Shown: piece by piece, positions 28,931 through 41,224 of the stretch
How positions within the stretch are numbered: position 1 is the stretch's first letter
Layout: each line of letters opens with the position of its first letter
Source of the DNA: Octopus vulgaris
Lineage: Eukaryota
Length of the DNA stretch: 64,000 nucleotides
Assembly (NCBI GenBank): GCA_951406725.2
Contig: OX597824.1
Span: forward strand, 28,644,001 to 28,708,000
Reading direction: 5' to 3'
Notes under the pieces: generated by a model
What the model saw: only the letters and a program-made list of their open reading frames with translations
Databases searched by the model: none
What the model was told of the DNA's origin: nothing
Program-made: the position numbers and the translations under genes

Positions 28931-29449
28931 GAGTTATATTTGCCATCTCATTATGGCTAACCACTATGGGTGGGTGTTACTGTAGCTTAGCTACAGTAAC
29001 ACCCACCCTTAGTGGTTAGCCATATTGAGATGGCAATTATACCTCACATTGTCGTGCAGTTACTGTGTATACCTCGTTCAGATATTTATCATTGCTTGTA
29101 TACACTTTTTCGAGATCAGTGACGTAAAGTTACTGGAAAAAGGATATTAATATTTGCATTGGGAACTCCTTTAATCGAAAACCGGTGATTGTCGTACGCT
29201 GATGACGGGTCAAGACCCAGAAACTGCAGTCCGTGCGTATCACTTATGTTGACGAGGTAAGGATGACCTCCCTTTGCAAATACCGATAGGGCACAGAAAA
29301 TGTGTCAATAGCCAGCTGGAGACGATGTTCTCCTGGGGCTACAAGCTACAGTAACACCCACCCTTAGTGGTTAGCCATATTGAGATGGCAAATATACCTC
29401 ACATTGTCGTGCAGTTACTGTTTATACCTCGTTCAGAGATTTATTATTG

Positions 29450-29456
<7 letters not shown>
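28931..29456 (+). mobile_element. Non-coding HHR-bearing retroelement (retrozyme-like or Penelope pLTR-like) with a 355-bp period
   Basis: About 110-bp direct repeat starting at 28989 and 29344; 57-bp inverted copy at 28931-28987; (TA)n on both flanks. Confidence 0.8.
29185..29243 (+). ncRNA. Type I hammerhead ribozyme
   Basis: gtgat-tgt-cgtacg CTGATGA c gggt-caag-accc a GAAA c-tgca-g TC cgtgcg-t-atcac: intact core, stems I (with bulged extension), II and III; GUC cleavage triplet. Confidence 0.85.
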
Positions 29457-29510
<54 letters not shown>

Positions 29511-29604
29511 TATATTAATATATTATATTATATTATATTATATTATATTATATTATATTATATTAATGTTTCTGTCAGTTCGCAGTTGGTAGAAACGTAA
29601 ATAC

Positions 29605-29651
<47 letters not shown>

Positions 29652-29698
29652 AGGGAAGAAATGGAGCTGAACGAAGATTCTACAGAATTCCTTTTATT

Positions 29699-29784
29699 AT
29701 TTTCTACACATGTTTCAAAGGCCGCAAATTTCCAAATTCGGATTGAATAAGGAGACCATTTTGCAGCTTTCTCTTCAGGAAAAT
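29699..29784 (-). ncRNA. Type I hammerhead ribozyme (left arm)
   Basis: attttc CTGAAGA gaaagctgcaaa...tttgcggccttt GAAA c-atgt-g TA gaaaat; stem I 6/6 pairs, stem II 11/12 pairs. Confidence 0.78.
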
Positions 29785-29870
29785 CCAGTTTTGTCCCATT
29801 TCATGGGCTCCTAAGGAGCGTTTTGTTCGAATAGCTTGCTGCGCATTTGTTTGGAGATTTAAATTCCTGG

Positions 29871-29956
29871 ATTTTCCTGAAGAGAAAGCTTTAAAATGGT
29901 CTCCTTATTCAATCCGAATTTGGAAATTTGCGGCCTTTGAAACATGTGTAGAAAAT
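29871..29956 (+). ncRNA. Type I hammerhead ribozyme (right arm)
   Basis: Same motif as the left arm with two substitutions in stem II (gcttta vs gctgca). Confidence 0.7.
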
Positions 29957-30160
29957 AATAAAAGGAATTCTGTAGAATCTTCGTTCAGCTCCATTTTTTC
30001 CCTTCACTAAATATATTAAACTTCAATTATCCGCGCTAAGGCACGGTTGCAACACCCCATGGTCGTAACTTCCACCGTGTTTTTTCTGTTGTGATTTTTG
30101 CTACCCAGGTATCGGTTAAATTTTGAATAATCATTAACAAGATAATTCATTTATCCATTT

Positions 30161-30203
<43 letters not shown>

Positions 30204-30270
30204 GTATTTACGTTTCTACCAACTGCGAACTGACAGAAACATTAGTACGCCGGGCGATTTCGTCTGCCTG

Positions 30271-30598
30271 AAGGCGACGAGCTGGCAGAATCGTTAACGC
30301 GTTGGATGAAGTGCTTATCGGTATTTCGCAACTGGCTACGTTCTGAGTTCAAATTTCGCCGAGGTAAACTTTGCCTTTCATCCTTTCAGGATCGATTAAA
30401 TAAATACCAGTTACGCACTGCGGTCGATATGATCGACTTAATCCGTTTGTCTGTCCTTGGTTTTCCTCTTCGTGTTTAGCCCCTTGTGGGTAGTAAAGAA
30501 ATAGGTATTTCGTTTGTCTTTATGTTGCGTGCTGCGGTGGATCTAATCTACTGGTCCCACTCCCACCAAATTTCGGGCTTTGTGACTAGCGTAGAAAA
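30271..30598 (+). mobile_element. SINE family D
   Basis: aaggcgacgagctggcagaatcg...ctttgcctttcatccttt...ccccttgtgggtagtaaagaaata. Confidence 0.88.
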
Positions 30599-30614
30599 GT
30601 GTATATATATATAT

Positions 30615-31007
30615 TTATAATAATAAATATTAGGGAATAAATCCAAATTTACAGGGAAAAATCAGATTTAGGATTGAATCCAATTTTATAGTAAAATATT
30701 ATATTATATTAATTAGAGACAAAACCACTATTATGCAAATCAAACAAAGAAAGACTTAAGCCAATACATAAAATAATTTATATAAATTAAAATTTAACAA
30801 TTATAAATAACCACTACGATCGTTTCGTGTCAGCACATCTTTGAGACATTCTTCAGGCGGTTTCAAAACCTTCTTGTCTCAAAGATGTGCTGACACGAAA
30901 CGATCGTAGTGGTTATTTATAATTGTTAAATTTTAATTTATATAAATTATTTTATGTATTGGCTTAAGTCTTTCTTTATTTGATTTGCATAATAGTGGTT
31001 TTGTCTC

Positions 31008-31013
<6 letters not shown>
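30615..31013 (-). mobile_element. Inverted-pLTR (Penelope-type) non-coding element, second family
   Basis: 139-bp near-perfect inverted arms at 30710-30848 and 30875-31013; (TA)n flanks. Confidence 0.85.
30809..30862 (-). ncRNA. Type I hammerhead ribozyme
   Basis: aaccgc CTGAAGA a tgtc...gaca c GAAA c-gatc-g TA gtggtt. Confidence 0.78.
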
Positions 31014-31073
<60 letters not shown>

Positions 31074-32344
31074 AGATCCTGTGTAAGACAGTTTGGTATT
31101 GTCTGTAAATGCACAAAAATCATTTTAAGGGCTACATACTTTGTGTTGTTATTGGATTTGCGAAACAATTATGAGAACGGAACCAAGGAATAAGCCCCGC
31201 TTTCCCGGGAATTACCAGATACGTCAGCTAGTATATATATACATACACACATATCTACATCCCAAATATGGTGCTTTTTATCTTTCTTAGGAACCTGCTC
31301 TTTCTTCACAGGAAGAATTTAAATGATTAAATACAGAAACATACATACATACATACGTACATACATACATACATACATACATACATACATACATACATAC
31401 ATACATACATACATACATACATACATACATACGTACGTACGTACAAATATACATGCATATATTCATACATACGTACGTACGTACATACACCCTTATATAT
31501 ATTTGCAGTGGTGAGCTTAAAATAGAATGAGGTGCTGGGTACACCACACCCATCATCGTGGACACAAAAATCATCACATTTTCATAACAGAGTGTTGAAA
31601 TATTTCCGATGTACAATAGACCAGTAACAATTATTTGATTGCTTCACAAAATCATATTATGTCCACTTCTGTGAGAACAACAGGAGACCGTAGTTACAGA
31701 GAATTGTACGCCATTTTCAGTTCGCATCTACAGAAAACAGTTGTTGATTGAAAGTTACAATGTTTCCAGCCAATGGAGCAGACGTGGTCAATCTCTTCCA
31801 CAATATCTCAACGTTAATTACACATAAATACGAATCTTAGCGCGAAAATTTCTGACAGTGCTTTGCGGATAAGTTGTGTTTAATGACCAAGAAAGTGCGT
31901 CAGCGTACAATGAAAGCAGATAGGCTTGTAAAGTGACTAAATACGACATTGTACAGGCGACGGTCGTATTCGAAGAAGTATGACATTAAATGAAAGAAAA
32001 TTAGCGTCAAAAGAAATACAAAAACAAAACAGATTCGCGGCTCAGGTGATGGGGATAAATTCATTTAGGATAACTAATTTTTCAAATGTTTTCAACGAAT
32101 CGCTTTTCGGGCAATTTAAGAAAGCAGATAAACGACTCGGTTCCACAGATGCTGCATTCGACTCTAAAGTGATAGATTTATAATGGAATTCAATTTAAGC
32201 CGTGAACTTTATCAATTTCGCCGCTTTCTTTTCACTGGAGATTCCACTTGCTGCTGATACTACAGCTAGCTAACAGGAGCTAGACTGCGAAAACGAGAAC
32301 TATGAGCGGTGTTGGGGTGGGGGGAGCGGATAGCAGAAAACATG

Positions 32345-33136
<792 letters not shown>

Positions 33137-33409
33137 AAAGACCATCCACAACAACAACTACAACTATTACAACCAAAGAATATAGGTATCTATTAGTGGA
33201 AATAAATGAAGACCTGAATTTAAGTCTATATTCTATTGAAAGCGCTATTATACATAAGTAATCAGCTAAAGACGAAACGATGTGCAACAAGATAGAAATA
33301 CGTAGCTAGATAAGCTAGTTAACGATAGCGTTGCTATATATGTGTGAATGTATGTGTGTGTGTACGTACGTATGTATATGGAGAGAGAGAGTTTATGTAT
33401 ACACAAGTA

Positions 33410-33633
33410 TACAAGGGGGTGTTAAAAAGTTACATGTAATAAGGGTGTCGTGAAAGGGCTGATGGGAGGCCCAACTTTCCGAGTTCTTTTACAAGGCTTA
33501 GAAAAAAAAAATGAAGGACTTCTGCAATAAGTATGTGAATCTGAGAAAGGAATTTGTTGAATGAAATCATAATTCATTGGTAGTTCTGTGTTTTCTTTTA
33601 TACGAAGCCAAGAATTTTTCCGCACCACCTCAT
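33410..33633. mobile_element. Small mariner-type MITE
   Basis: Imperfect TIRs tacaagggggtgttaaaaagtt / aatttttccgcaccacctcata. Confidence 0.55.
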
Positions 33634-33662
33634 ATATCTGTATGTAATAATGTATGTATGTG

Positions 33663-33721
<59 letters not shown>

Positions 33722-33859
33722 GCATATATATATATATATACATATGCATATATGCATACATACATACATACATACATGCATACATACATACATACATACA
33801 TACATACATACATACATACATACATACATACATACATACATACATACGTACATACGAAC

Positions 33860-35950
33860 ACTCCATATGATTTGGGAATTACTGCCATAAAATATTGGGT
33901 CGAGAAGCATAGAGAAGCAACCCCCAGTAGATTTACTGTAAACTTCAAACTACACACAGTCTAGGAACAAATTACCTCCAGATTCGAGGCTCAACTATAG
34001 GGACGCGATTTGTTCCAGCTTTTTCGAGCTCGGTATTGGGATATTTGGAACAAAACCTATATTAAAAAATTGAAGAGAACTACGGCATGGTCTTTAGAAG
34101 ACATATAGAGGACACATTGAAAAGGTATCTCGATGATAGTTTCCTAATTTGGACCAAATCCCTAGAAAATCTGTAACAATTTAGCACCCTCCTCAACAAT
34201 CTACGCCCCTAGTCTCAAATTTAGAAGAGGAATAAGCAACACACAATTACCATTTCTTGACATAATGGTAATTAAAAGCAACACCACAATCACAACTGAT
34301 ATTCATTACAAAATCACTGATACACACCAGTACCTAAATTTTAAATCATGCCATCCTACACACACAAAATGCAACATCCCGTACTGTCTAGCCAAGAAAA
34401 TTTGTACTATATTAATGATACAAATAACAGGAACATACTACTTATAGATCTCAAAGGATTTCTGCCCAAGCAAACTTACCCTCACATACTTATAGAAAAT
34501 AGCATACAACGAGCAAAAGGGATACCTATAGAACAACTTAGGGCAACACGAGAAAGATGAACCCGTCAACAGAAGACAATTGCATTTCTAGTAACCCCAC
34601 ATTCGTCTCACCAAAATAGTTTTAACATCACCAAAACAAATTTGACAATAATTAAAAAACAAAATTTTAAAAAAACATAGTAACTAATCAAATACTTATC
34701 TTAAGCAAAATGCAACCACATAACCTAAAGAAACTATTAAGAAAGGCAAAGTTCAACATGAACAAACAGTATAAAACATTCACAGCATCCAAGTGTAACG
34801 ATAACAGATGTGGAACGTGTCAATACATGCATACTATTAAATCCATTACAACAAAATATAGACAGATATTCGCAAATGCATGTATGAACTGCAAAAGCAA
34901 ACATTTGATCAACTGCATTAAATGCCCAGTGGAGGCGCGTGGCCTAGTTGTTAGGGCGTCAGCATCATGATCGTAAGATTGTGGTTTCGATTCCTGGACC
35001 GGGCGATGCGTTGTGTTCTAGAGCAAAACACTTTATTTCACGTTGCTCCAGTCCACTCAGCTGGCAAAAATGAGTAACGCTGCGATGGACTGACGTCTCG
35101 TCCAGCTGGGGAACACATACGTCATTGAAACCGGGAAAGCCTGGCTAGGCTTTAAAAGTGTGCAAGAAGCATTAAACGCCCGAATTGCGAGGAACTATAT
35201 ATTGGTGAGACAGGTCATACATTATCGGATCGCTCATGAGTTCATAGTCAACAAATCCGGAAGACTAATGTTCGCCAAATTCCATTGAGCGAACATATAG
35301 AAACATGTTGTTAGAAAATGTTTCTAATTTTTCCTTTCCAAGAACTACATGACACAAGTGAGATTGGAAGAAAGATAAAATAAAAACGGTTTATTGAAAT
35401 GTTCAAACCTGTTCTGAACGGAAATAACAATAATAATATAACAACCAGTTAATAGTGCGGATTTTAAAATATCTTTAATATATGGATATAAACAAATTAC
35501 AGAAGGTTCCCACCAATTGAAATTAAAAACGATTGAAGCCAACTAAGTTTGCTCACTCGTAAAGCCATTACATGTAAACCAAAAGCTAACTGGTTAAAAT
35601 AAAGGTGAGATCTATGCTAGTAATATCGGTACACCCAGCAAACCGTGATGTTTAAGCTGCATGCAGATTGGTCAAAACCGTATTCTAAAACTTCAACTTT
35701 TTGGAGTCTTCTAAGAGTCAGTCAAGTACTCAACTGTCAGTTAAGTACATTTTGAAATCTGATAATTATTACGAACGTATGAAAGCGCTGATTGAACTAT
35801 ATGGACATTACAAAATATTTTTTTAATGTTTAACACGCTTCATCATTGTAAAAAAAATGTTTTTCTTTTTAAATACCATAGTAAAAAGCGTGAAAATCAG
35901 ACTATGTTTTAAATTTATTCTACTGATATATTATTCTGTACTCATTTACA
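33860..35950 (+). pseudogene. Penelope-like retroelement remnant (RT plus GIY-YIG)
   Basis: YLQIRGSTIGTRF, KRYLDDSFLIW, LPFLDIMV, TDIHYKITDTHQYLNFKSCHP..TK.NIPY, CNDNRCGTC, CIKCP/NCEELYIGETG; many stops. Confidence 0.9.
34928..35168 (+). mobile_element. SINE with C-like head/CORE and V-like tail, inserted in the GIY-YIG region
   Basis: 13-bp target duplication gcattaaaYgccc at 34915-34927 and 35169-35181. Confidence 0.88.
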
Positions 35951-35958
35951 CAAATTTG

Positions 35959-36043
<85 letters not shown>

Positions 36044-36841
36044 AATATAAGAAAATATGGATGCTTTAAGTTGGAAAGATTTGAACTACCTGACACAGAT
36101 TTTTTTTCGTTGTCAGTTATTGAATGTGTTGAATCTCGGGGAGATTATTATGCCAATAACAAATGCACGCACTGGTTTCACTCACTTATTATTTGTCGAT
36201 TGGCTAAATATATAACCACTTAACTAATCGAATTTGTTTTGAGCATTTGTTGTTTAGCACCTAGTCAGCAATGTTCGAGCATATCTCTATTAAGTCCTGT
36301 TCCAGCCGTGACTGTCAAGCATTACTATTTATCCATTGTTTACATTCTTTACTTTGAAACGTATGTAATTTGAGAGAAAATTAGCTGTTATATTTAGAAA
36401 GTCTAAAAACAATGTTGATTACTCGTGATTGATTTTATTTTGAAAGGGTAGAATGTAATTTGAGGGAGATTTAGTTGTTATTTCTAGTAGGTCTAAAAAC
36501 GTACAGAAGCTTTCTTATAGGTTAGCTATCTGTATTATATTCTTCACACGTTGAAACTTCTACCACTTGTAAGACGAGAATCAATTCTCAAAAATATCAT
36601 TAAACACTCATCATAAACATAATCCGCCATATTAAAAGTGACATATTCTGCTTTCTGCTCGAGTGTAAAGAGACATTCTATGCAAATATTTCTGTGAATA
36701 CATGCCACATCACACGTCTTCCACGGGGAGATATATCAAACACGCAGCTAACTGTCACATCTGTCAGAGATATGATATTAAGGGAATAAATAGTTGATGA
36801 GCGCAGATATAAATATAAAATATTTCCATCACCTTCTTGAA

Positions 36842-36895
<54 letters not shown>

Positions 36896-36949
36896 CATTG
36901 TTATTGTGATATAATATAATAAAATCAATTGCCGCTATTATTATTATTA

Positions 36950-37000
<51 letters not shown>

Positions 37001-37319
37001 AAACGCCTTTGTGTCGATCGTATTCTTTCCCTTCGTTCTCTCCTAATATTTCTTTATCGTTCACATATTCCGCACTATATATATTTCACCGTATTACGAA
37101 TTTCTTTTACCATATACCCTAGGTCCAAATAATCTATGAATGCATTTATATTCGAGAGAGTGTGTGTGTCCGTCTGTGTCGCTGTGTGTACACATGTATG
37201 TGTGCGTGTGTGCGTGGGAGTTTATGTATCTATATATCTAAATTTTTGCGTTTATATTTATATTTATTTATGCATAAAACTAAAGATTTTACATATCGAC
37301 GGAACAATGCATATTAACT

Positions 37320-37993
37320 AGATCTGATCAATAAGTGCCCGGACTGCTGCTATAGTAACGAAGCAGAAGCACGAAGGGTAAAACCGCTTGGCAAAGATTG
37401 ACCTTGGACTCTGCTGTGCATGGGCGCTAAGTTTCAACATTCAAACTCACTGTTTACAGAAGTGCTTAGAAGGAATGTGTGTAGCGTGCGATCATCGCAT
37501 TGACTAAGACAGATTAAATTGTCATGGGGATCCCTGCTCAGAGGCCTACGGAAAGTTGCAGAAAGTGTAAGGAAAAGAGTGTATGAACCGCCCACAAATG
37601 TACGAGAAGTTCAGACGTTTCGAAGATGGCTGAAAAAATGTCCGTATTAACGAACGTTTTGGGAGACCTGCAACCAGCAAAACAGAGATAAACATCGCAA
37701 ATATGCGTGCAGCTGTGAGGGGAATCATCGAATCCTCATCTGTGAGTTATCAGAGGTGGCGCAGATTAGGTACAGTTCAGTTCAGTCCATAACCACTGAA
37801 GATTTGAGTATGAGAAGCATGTCTGCCAAGTTTGTACCAAAACTGCTTCCAGCTGACCATGAAGACACTCGGGTTTCCGTTGCACAAGATCTCCTTGATT
37901 GTGTCGAGAACGATGAAAACTTTTTGAAAACTTTGCGTAAGCCTCTACGCAGAAATCGCCAAGCTTTTGGCTAAATATGATGCAGAATCTCTT
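37320..37993 (+). mobile_element. Mariner-derived non-autonomous element, truncated
   Basis: Colinear with 56679-57360, including the inversion junction (gaaaactttgcgta.gc). Confidence 0.88.
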
Positions 37994-38132
37994 AATCGAG
38001 CAAGTCGACCCCAGGACTTATATTTTACAAGCCTGGTGCTTATTCTATCGGTCACTTTTGTCCGCCAAGTTATGGGGACTTAAATGCACCAGTATCGGTT
38101 GTCGGGGTGAGGACAAAGACTCACACAAAAAC

Positions 38133-38175
<43 letters not shown>

Positions 38176-38218
38176 TATATATAGAGAGACAGACAGACAG
38201 ACAGAGAGACAGACAGAC

Positions 38219-38253
<35 letters not shown>

Positions 38254-38577
38254 AATGTAGTTAAACGCAGGTGTTATTCAAATCTTTGAGATTTCAAAGA
38301 TTTGAATAACACTTATATTTAACTCTATTTCTTTGTTTATCTGTTATACGAAAACATCTCACTAAACCCTGGAATTTCTACCTTTATAAGTAGGCTGTAA
38401 CATCCTTGGTACTCATGAAAATTTTTTGCTACCCTGGTAACTGTTTATCTATCACAAGGCTTTCATCGGCCCGAGGCTACAGTAGAAGACACTTGCTCAA
38501 AGTGCCACGAAGTGGGACTGAACCCGGAACCCTGTGGCTGGTAAGCAAGCTACTTACCGCTCAGCCACTCCAGCGCC
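37990..38577 (-). mobile_element. SINE family A interrupted by a hairpin insert (about 38251-38450)
   Basis: 3' part at about 37990-38130, 5' part at about 38452-38577. Confidence 0.8.
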
Positions 38578-38793
38578 TTCTTAACTTCATTTAAATTACC
38601 GGTATACAGAGGAAAGAAAAAGTATAATTCTATATAATACAAATTCTATAGACGGAGTGAATTTGCCTGTCCTTTTCGACCAAAGAAGGCGGTGGGGCTA
38701 TCTGCATGATCGAATCAGCTGATGACCAGGTCTGTTCCACATGTGATAGCAAGTCGCTCTGTGTGCATCTCATGTAGACCCAGCAGGCGACAT

Positions 38794-38846
<53 letters not shown>

Positions 38847-38889
38847 TTATTATTATTATTATCATTATTATTATTATACTAAACTGATT

Positions 38890-39275
38890 GTGGAGGCGCA
38901 ATGGCCCAGTGGTTAGGGCAGCGGACTCGCGGTCGTAGGACCGCGGTTTCGATTCCCAGACCGGGCGTTGTGAGTGTTTATTGAGCGAAAACACCTAAAA
39001 AAGCTCCACGAGGCTCCGGCAGGGATGGTGGTGACCCCTGCTGTACTCTTTCACCACAACTTTCTCTCACTCTTACTTCCTGTTTCTGTTGTACCTGTAT
39101 TTCAAAGGGCCGGCCTTGTCATTGTCTGTGTCACGCTGAATATCCCCGAGAACTACGTTAAGGGTACACGTGTCTGTGGAGTACTCAGCCACTTACACGT
39201 TAATTTCACAAGCAGGCTGTTCCGTTGATTCGGATCAACCGGAACCCTCGTCGTCGTAACCGACGGAGTGCTTCC
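38890..39275 (+). mobile_element. SINE family B, full length
   Basis: tRNA-like head ggcccagtggttagggcagcggactcgcggtc...ggtttcgattccc; inverse copy at 57593-57976. Confidence 0.92.
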
Positions 39276-40526
39276 CGTACTAAACTGACAATTGCCCCCC
39301 CACCCCAGGCTTAATAGCACAGCCAGGAAATGGATTTGTAGAAAGTGTTCTGGAAAAGTTTATGAATATATGCTGCAAGATTCCTGATATGAAATATGTG
39401 TTGAAACAGATATTGTTATATTTCGAGACGGTCATTTTTTTTTTTTGCCAAATGAACACATCCACTATATGTTCGTTATTCACTCATTTATTATTGTTTT
39501 TATTTTATCTTATATCCATTCTCTGGAAATATTTTGTCACATATTTGTGACCCTTCCAGCGACCCTTAACATCCACGTGTATCCTTCTGCTCCGCTTAGT
39601 CCATTCTGTCCTTCTATAATATGTATCCTTATCTGCACATGCGTTTGAGTCTGTTTCTCTATGAGTGTGCGCGCGTGCAATCGTGCGTGTGCGTACACGT
39701 GACTATGTGTTTCGCACATGCGCTTATGTGTATATAGGCTTGCCCCTTTCCAGAAAAGTCCTAGCAGCTGATTATCCTGGATGCCCGGAGATTTTGCGAG
39801 TACTCTGTAACCTTACACATCTCTAAATCTCTACAAGACGTCATGGCGGAAAACACCGACCGCGTGGCCAAGAGACAGGCCGATGTGAGCGCATGACGGC
39901 ATTCAAGGTGCTAACCATCCTACTTCGGCGTCCAATAAAATCAGCAACAACAACAACAACAGTAGCTGCAACAAGAAGAATAACAACAACAATAATCTAA
40001 GTTATGAATGTGAATCCACGAGTCAGGCCATAATTTGCTAAGATCGCGTCAAAATAAACACATCGCACCATTCCGTTGAGGAAATATCATGTTGCGAGAA
40101 GAGAGACAAAAACGTTAATAAAACAAAACGAAACAAAATACGAGAGGAAAGTTTGTTTTTTTTAAATTGGTTCGACGTTCTAACGGTGTTATGTTAAATC
40201 TCCATTGCAATTCTAACATGTACGCTCAAAATGTCTTACACAACCGTTATGGAAAGAAAACAAAGTAGCACAGATATAGAAATTCTATGCAGTGGATAAA
40301 GACATATTCAGTTCCTATGGTTTATTTGTTTTAGTTATCGGACAGTGGCTATGCGGGGGTACCACATTGAAGAATACAGAATCGTCCAAATCGAGTCCAG
40401 ATCTTATGTTAAAATTTGTTACTTATTCAATCGTTCTCTTGTACCGATCGATAATTTACGAGGTCGTAAACAAATGAACATCGGTTGTCAAGTGGCGGAA
40501 GTGGACAAACACACACACACACACAC

Positions 40527-40577
<51 letters not shown>

Positions 40578-41224
40578 TACATACATACATACATACATAC
40601 ATACATACATACATACATACATACATGCATACATAAAATAAAACATAAAAATGTTCACGTATACATACATATATACATACAAAAATACCCTGTTGATACC
40701 GAAATTCTAATGAAGGAGCCTTAAATCTAGGTTAGACATCTGCTCTTTCTCTATTGGTATGAAATCTTGAAATAGAATTGAATAAACACGTACATACTAA
40801 CATGCATATAAAATATACATATACTGGGCCTCCATACAGTTTCTACAATTCAAATTCACTCCCGAGGTCTTGGTTTGCCCTATAGTAAAGGACATTTTCT
40901 GAAGGTGTTGTACTGTGGAACTGAACACGAAACTACGCGGCTGTAAAGTGAGCCCTTTAATCACACTAAGTACACAAAGATCATGACTACCTTCCACAAG
41001 CATGTACCCCACATTCAGTTACTAGAGATTGAGGACTCCGAAAGAGCTCCTCAACTAATTGGGTGTCCGAGTGAGTATGAACCTGAGCGTCCTTTTAGTT
41101 CTGCTAGAATACCTCATATGCTAGGATACGGATATTCATATTCTTTACCGGCAATCTGTGTATTTAATGCTCTCATATTTAGAGGGAGACTTAGCAAAAT
41201 ATTTCTGGATGCATATTGTAGTAT

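Larger units (their letters stand above)
29646..30165 (+). mobile_element. Inverted-pLTR (Penelope-type) non-coding element
   Basis: 143-bp inverted arms at 29646-29788 and 29867-30009, 78-bp spacer, unique 3' tail to about 30165; (TA)n flanks. Confidence 0.85.

Noticed and set aside
38890-38965. tRNA-like sequences at SINE heads
   Set aside because: They continue into SINE bodies and lack a proper acceptor stem; not tRNA genes
41029-41055. Hairpin ttgaggactccgaaagagctcctcaa upstream of the Dong RT fragment, as a possible 5' ribozyme
   Set aside because: I could not build an HDV-like pseudoknot or an HHR fold by eye
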